64,000 nucleotides of DNA from Spirochaetia bacterium (GTDB taxonomy: Bacteria; Spirochaetota; Spirochaetia; SZUA-6; Bin103), in contig OZ241907.1 in NCBI GenBank assembly GCA_965203515.1, forward strand, positions 3,264,001 through 3,328,000, read 5' to 3'. Both the position numbers and the translations under genes were made by a program. Every line of letters starts with the position of its first letter. Position 1 is the first letter of the stretch. Of the stretch, positions 59,463 to 64,000 are shown piece after piece. Under the pieces are notes generated by a model. It was not told the origin of the DNA, did no database searches, and saw nothing but the letters and a program-made list of their open reading frames with translations.

Positions 59463-60499
59463 CCGTCGATCACCTGCGGCCAGGCATGGCGGGCGGCGAT
59501 CCGCCGCCATCGGCCGCGCTCGGCAGACGGCGTCCGCAGCTCGCGGGTAAGCCGATCGATCAGGCCGGCGGAGTCTTCGTACAGACAGCGTTCGTGCAGC
59601 TCCGGCGGGATCAGCTCCGGGTAGACCAGCCGCCGCGGCAACAGCGGCATGCAGCCGGCGTGGATCGCCTCCATGACCGCGATCCCGAAATTCTCCTGCA
59701 CCGCCGTGGAGACGACCACGCTGCCGGCAGCGAGCAGGCGCAGGTATTCCGGCCGGGCCGGAAACCGGTCGTGGACGATGCGGCCGGCCAGCGCGGCGCG
59801 CGCCTGCACCAGCGCATCCGGTTCCGGAATCAGGCGCTCGCCCAGGAGCGCCACCCCGAACGGCACGCCGCGCCGCGCCACCTCCGCCAGCGCGGCGACG
59901 AACCCGTGCGGGTCCTTGTCGAACTCCCAGCGGTGGTTCCAGATCACCACCGGCGGACCGGCCGGCCGGGTTCCCGGCGGGCCGTGGTCGAACCGGCAGC
60001 CGGGATAGCGCACGCTGGAGCGATCGAGCCGTTCCGACGGCGCCTCCGGCCGCGCCTCCGCGTCGGGGAACCGTTCGATGACCGCCGGCAGCCGCGCGCG
60101 AAAGGCCGCGCGGTGGAACTCCGAGTTGAAGACGACGTGATCGGCGGCGCAGACGTTGGTCACGTCGCGCCAGAGCAGTTCGGCGCCGGCCGATCCGCCG
60201 GGCGGGACCGGATAGGAGACCTGGCTCTCGTGCAGGTACAGCAGCAGCGGCGGCGTACGCGCGCCCCACACGGCCCGCACCTGCGCCAGATCGAGCAGCC
60301 CCGTGGCGACCACCAGATCGTAGCGCTCCGGCTGCGCCACCCGCTGCGCCAGCGTCAGCCCGGCGGCGCGCAGCCGCCACTTCCACAACCGGGCCGGCAG
60401 GCTCTGCAGGTCGATCCGGTGCCGCGAGTGCTCCCGCAGCCCGTCCACGAACTCGCGGTGCGAACCACCATAGAACGGCTCCAGGAACAGGATGCGCAC
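59426..60499 (-). CDS. DUF3524 / GT4-like glycosyltransferase (GTDC1/QTMAN homolog)
   Basis: ILFLEPFYGGSH, LPARLWKWRLR, YLHESQVSYP, IWNHRWEFDK, ENFGIAVMEA. Confidence 0.88.
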   Translation of the reverse strand: MRILFLEPFYGGSHREFVDGLREHSRHRIDLQSLPARLWKWRLRAAGLTLAQRVAQPERYDLVVATGLLDLAQVRAVWGARTPPLLLYLHESQVSYPVPPGGSAGAELLWRDVTNVCAADHVVFNSEFHRAAFRARLPAVIERFPDAEARPEAPSERLDRSSVRYPGCRFDHGPPGTRPAGPPVVIWNHRWEFDKDPHGFVAALAEVARRGVPFGVALLGERLIPEPDALVQARAALAGRIVHDRFPARPEYLRLLAAGSVVVSTAVQENFGIAVMEAIHAGCMPLLPRRLVYPELIPPELHERCLYEDSAGLIDRLTRELRTPSAERGRWRRIAARHAWPQVIDGYDKLFETVARA

Positions 60500-60556
60500 G
60501 ATTCCGATAGTATATGTTGCGGCGTTCGATGGGCGCGATGCAATGAAGGCTTGGTG

Positions 60557-61816
60557 ATGGCGAGGATCGAGGGATTCCGGGTGAAGAACTTCAAGGTACT
60601 CAAGGACGTCACCCTCGGTCGGCTCTGGAATCAGCGGGACCGCGCGCCGCTCACCCCCATGGCGGCGGTGATCGGCAAGAACGGGGTGGGGAAGAGCGCC
60701 CTGATCGATGCCTTCGGGTTTCTGACCGATGCCCTCACGCTGGGCGTCGAGGACGCCTGCGATGCGCGCGGGCGCGGCGGCTTCACGCGGCTGCGCACCC
60801 TGGGGGCATCTGGACCGATCGAATTCGAGCTGTACTATCGGCAGCGCCAAGGAGATCGTCCGATCACCTACGAGATCGAGATCGACCAGGATAACCGCGG
60901 CCGGCCGAGCGTGACCTACGAACGGCTCCGGCAGCGGCGCCGCGGCCAGAAACACGGCCGGCCATTCACATTCCTGTGGTTGAAAGACGGCAAAGGCGTA
61001 GCGTGGAAGGGGGCGCCGGACGCCGGGATCGCCGAGGGACCGAGAGACTCCCAGGACCGCTTGGAACCGGAGGAATCCGGGGACCGCGAGGCAGTGGAAC
61101 TGGCGAATCCAAGCCTTCCGGGAGTCGCCGCGCTGGGCGCATTGACGCAGCATCCGCGCATCGCCGCGTTTCGCCGCTTCATAGCAGGCTGGCACCTGAG
61201 CTACTTCAGCCCGGACGCCGCGCGCAGCCTGCCGCTGGCCGGCCCGCAGAAGCATCTCAACATGCGCGGCGACAACCTTGGCAACGTCGTGCAATTCATG
61301 GAGCGCGATCACCCGGGGCGCTTCGGGAAGGTGCTGGAACGCATCGCTGCCAGGATTCCAGGGGTCGACAAGATCGATACGGAGAAGACCAGTGACGGCC
61401 GGCTGTTGCTCAGGTTCAACGACATGGGATTCACGGATCCGTTCTACGCCCAGCAGATGTCCGACGGGACGCTCAAGGTGTTCAGCTATCTGTTGATGCT
61501 CGAAGATCCGACGCCGCCGCCGTTCCTGTGCATCGAGGAGCCCGAGAACGGCCTGTACCACAAGTTGCTGGAGACCCTGGCGACCGAGTTCCGCGAACAC
61601 GCGGCAAGGCCGCGCGGTTCGCAGGTGCTCATCACCACGCACCAACCGTATTTCGTCGACTCGTTGGAGCCTGGAGAGGTCTGGATACTGGAGAAGGGCG
61701 CCGACGGGTGTTCGACCGTACGCCGCGCCAGCGAAGATCGGGTCGTTACCAGCTTGGTGGAGGAGGGCCTGCCGCTCGGCGGTCTCTGGTACAGCGACTA
61801 TCTGGATGCCCGGTAA
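60557..61816 (+). CDS. ABC-type AAA ATPase (AAA_21-like)
   Basis: VKNFKVL, GKNGVGKS, MSDGT, IEEPENGLY, ITTHQP; no TM segments. Confidence 0.92.
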   Translation: MARIEGFRVKNFKVLKDVTLGRLWNQRDRAPLTPMAAVIGKNGVGKSALIDAFGFLTDALTLGVEDACDARGRGGFTRLRTLGASGPIEFELYYRQRQGDRPITYEIEIDQDNRGRPSVTYERLRQRRRGQKHGRPFTFLWLKDGKGVAWKGAPDAGIAEGPRDSQDRLEPEESGDREAVELANPSLPGVAALGALTQHPRIAAFRRFIAGWHLSYFSPDAARSLPLAGPQKHLNMRGDNLGNVVQFMERDHPGRFGKVLERIAARIPGVDKIDTEKTSDGRLLLRFNDMGFTDPFYAQQMSDGTLKVFSYLLMLEDPTPPPFLCIEEPENGLYHKLLETLATEFREHAARPRGSQVLITTHQPYFVDSLEPGEVWILEKGADGCSTVRRASEDRVVTSLVEEGLPLGGLWYSDYLDAR

Positions 61817-61821
61817 ATACC

Positions 61822-62463
61822 ATGCACTTCGAGATTCTGGTAGAGGATCAGTCCGGCAAGCGGGCGCTCGATATCCTCATGCCGAAGATCGTCAGCGATC
61901 CCCATACATTCCAGGTGATCGGTTATCGCGGAATCGGCCGCCTGCCCAAGAATCTCAGAAGCGGATCGGATCCCCGCAAGCGGTTGTTGCTCGACCAGCT
62001 CCCACGCTTACTGCGCGGTTATGGCAAGTCATTCAGGAGCCGTCGTGCGGCGGTGATCGTGGTATGTGACCTTGATGACCGGTGCCTCAAGGTATTTCGC
62101 CAAGACTTGCGCGGCGTTCTAACTGCATGCAATCCGCGCCCGGAGACGCGCTTCTGCATTGCAATCGAGGAGGGTGAAGCCTGGCTGCTCGGCGATTATC
62201 GAGCGGTCGAGGCCGCCTATCCCACCGTCGACATGAGCGTACTGAGGAGCTACCGCAACGACGACATCTGCGGGACCTGGGAGCTGCTGGCGGACGCCGT
62301 GTGCCGCGGCGGTGCCGCGGGCCTGAGACGGTCGGGATGGCAGGCCGTAGGCAAGGAGAAGAGTGAATGGGCTGAGCGCATCGCTCCCCACATGGACGTC
62401 GACCGGAACTCGTCGCCGAGTTTCCGGTATTTCCGGGAGCGGATTCGCGCGCTGGCGCAGTAG
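61822..62463 (+). CDS. DUF4276-like (TOPRIM-fold) protein
   Basis: EILVED, VVCDLD (DxD), IEEGEAWLLGD, NSSPSF; 5 nt after the ATPase stop; lower GC. Confidence 0.82.
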   Translation: MHFEILVEDQSGKRALDILMPKIVSDPHTFQVIGYRGIGRLPKNLRSGSDPRKRLLLDQLPRLLRGYGKSFRSRRAAVIVVCDLDDRCLKVFRQDLRGVLTACNPRPETRFCIAIEEGEAWLLGDYRAVEAAYPTVDMSVLRSYRNDDICGTWELLADAVCRGGAAGLRRSGWQAVGKEKSEWAERIAPHMDVDRNSSPSFRYFRERIRALAQ

Positions 62464-62534
62464 CGTTGCAGCAGCGAGTTCGAGCGCGCGGCTTCGGCAG
62501 GAAGGCGGCCATCGCCGTGCGGTAAGGTAGGTCG

Positions 62535-63635
62535 ATGCTGCGTGTCGGGATCGTCGGCCTGCCCAACGCCGGCAAGTCCACCCTGTTCAACGCCCTCACC
62601 GGCAGCCGGCAGGCGGACGTCGCCGCCTACCCGTTCTGCACGATCGAGCCCAACGTCGGGGTGATCGAGGTGCGCGACGAGCGGCTCGAACGGGTCCGGG
62701 GGCTGTTCGACTCGCCGCGCGAGGTGCCGAGCTCGATCGAGTTCGTCGACATCGCCGGCCTGGTGGCCGGCGCCAGTACCGGCGAGGGGCTCGGCAACCG
62801 GTTCCTGGGCCACATCCGGGAGGTCGACGCGATCGCGCACGTCGTACGCTGCTTCGACCGCGACGGCATCCCGCGGGCGGAGGGCTCGGTCGATCCGGTG
62901 GCCGACGCGCAGACGGTGGAGACCGAACTGGCGCTGGCCGACCTGGGCACGATCGAGCGCCGGCGCGAGCGCACGGCGCGGCGCGCCCACGCCGGCGACA
63001 AGGACGCCCGCGAGGAGTTGGCGCGGCTGGAGCGCTTTCGGGCCGCGCTCGATGCCGGCGCGCCGGCGCGCGCCATCGATCTCCAACCGGGCGACGGCGA
63101 GCTGCTGAACGAGTTGTTCCTGCTCACCGGCAAGCCGGTCATCTACGTGGTCAATACCGGGGAGGAAACCATCGGCGCGGACGACGGCCGTATCGCCGCC
63201 GTGCGGGCGCATGCCGCCGGCCGGGCGGGCGGTGGCGCCGGCGTCCTGGCGATCTGCGCCGATCTGGAAGCGGAGATCGGCGACCTGGAGCCGGACGAAG
63301 CGGTCGAGTTCCTGCGCGACGCCGGCATCGCCGAGCGGGGCATCGATCGGCTGGTACGCCACGCCTACCGCCTCCTCGGTCTCATCACCTTCTTCACCGC
63401 CAACGACACCGAGGCGCGCGCCTGGGCGATCCCGCGCGGCACCGGCGCGGCGCGGGCCGCCGGCAGCGTGCACAGCGACATGGAGCGCGGCTTCATCCGC
63501 GCCGAGGTGGTCGGCTATGAGGACCTGTCCGCCTGCGGCGGCATGGCGCAGGCGCGCGAACAGGGGCGTCTGCGCGTGGAGGGCCGCGATTATCGGGTGC
63601 GTGACGGCGAGGTCATCCTGTTCCGGTTCCGTTAG
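62535..63635 (+). CDS. ychF: Redox-regulated ATPase YchF
   Basis: GIVGLPNAGKSTLFNALT, YPFCTIEPN, DIAGLV, GEGLGNRFL, HSDMERGFIRAE. Confidence 0.97.
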   Translation: MLRVGIVGLPNAGKSTLFNALTGSRQADVAAYPFCTIEPNVGVIEVRDERLERVRGLFDSPREVPSSIEFVDIAGLVAGASTGEGLGNRFLGHIREVDAIAHVVRCFDRDGIPRAEGSVDPVADAQTVETELALADLGTIERRRERTARRAHAGDKDAREELARLERFRAALDAGAPARAIDLQPGDGELLNELFLLTGKPVIYVVNTGEETIGADDGRIAAVRAHAAGRAGGGAGVLAICADLEAEIGDLEPDEAVEFLRDAGIAERGIDRLVRHAYRLLGLITFFTANDTEARAWAIPRGTGAARAAGSVHSDMERGFIRAEVVGYEDLSACGGMAQAREQGRLRVEGRDYRVRDGEVILFRFR

Positions 63636-64000
63636 CAGCGGTCGGCGCCGAGCAGGTCGCGCAAACAGGCCGCGCCCAGGCGCACCTGCTCTACGCGGTC
63701 CGCCTGCCCGCCCTCGTACACGATCGACAGGCAGCCGTTGTAGTTCGCGGCGCGGATGATCGACACGATCCGTTCGTAGTCGAGCCATTCCTCGCGTCCG
63801 CTCTCGATCCGGTAGAACTTGGTGCGGATGCCGATCGCGTACGGCACGGTCTGCTCCATGTAGGCGTAGAAGTCGTGGGCCGGGTCGGTCACCCCCACCG
63901 GCGCCGATCCGGGCGACCCGATCCACTGGCCGGTGTCGACGATGAAGTCGAAGTTGTCGCGATCGACGTCCGCGCGGATGCGGAGCATCTCCGTTCCCGT
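63632..64000 (-). CDS. Xylose-isomerase-like TIM barrel protein (5' end outside the window)
   Basis: IVDTGQW, RTKFY, LDYERIV, YNGCLSIVYEG. Confidence 0.75.
   Translation of the reverse strand, partial: TGTEMLRIRADVDRDNFDFIVDTGQWIGSPGSAPVGVTDPAHDFYAYMEQTVPYAIGIRTKFYRIESGREEWLDYERIVSIIRAANYNGCLSIVYEGGQADRVEQVRLGAACLRDLLGADRC

Noticed and set aside
56717..61816. 1699-aa ORF in the track (also 19113..24263, 51872..54934, 53845..56487 and similar)
   Set aside because: GC-rich stop-poor shadow frames joined to a real C-terminal gene; the real starts are 60557, 23028, 53494 and 55129.

Overview
A 64-kb, very GC-rich, gene-dense bacterial segment. It is most likely from a free-living or host-associated Spirochaetota member; this is inferred from the TPR-mltD-SH3 cluster, the BamD-like lipoprotein and the GltS-type transporter, and is not proven. 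Content is mostly housekeeping and metabolic: gap (partial), sucCD, icd, coaD, valS, trxA, ychF, rarA, a complete trpE-GD-CF-B-A operon with a classical Trp attenuator, transporters and oxidoreductases. I saw no rRNA, tRNA, IS element or CRISPR array. Highlights: (1) three lamin-tail-domain lipoprotein genes, two adjacent and one about 17 kb away, share an exactly spaced upstream motif TTGAAGCG-N16-SGTA-N5-GGC-ATG, suggesting an undescribed alternative-sigma regulon; (2) a candidate small RNA whose terminator loop displays an anti-Shine-Dalgarno sequence; (3) a subtilase lipoprotein whose propeptide-like domain sits at the C-terminus; (4) three genes that appear to need CTG starts; (5) pervasive leaderless-type promoters; (6) two lower-GC two-gene cassettes (ABC-ATPase + TOPRIM-like DUF4276; small protein + truncated retropepsin); (7) an in-frame repeat-spacer-repeat insertion inside trpCF. 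All family calls come from motif recognition by eye, with no database search.
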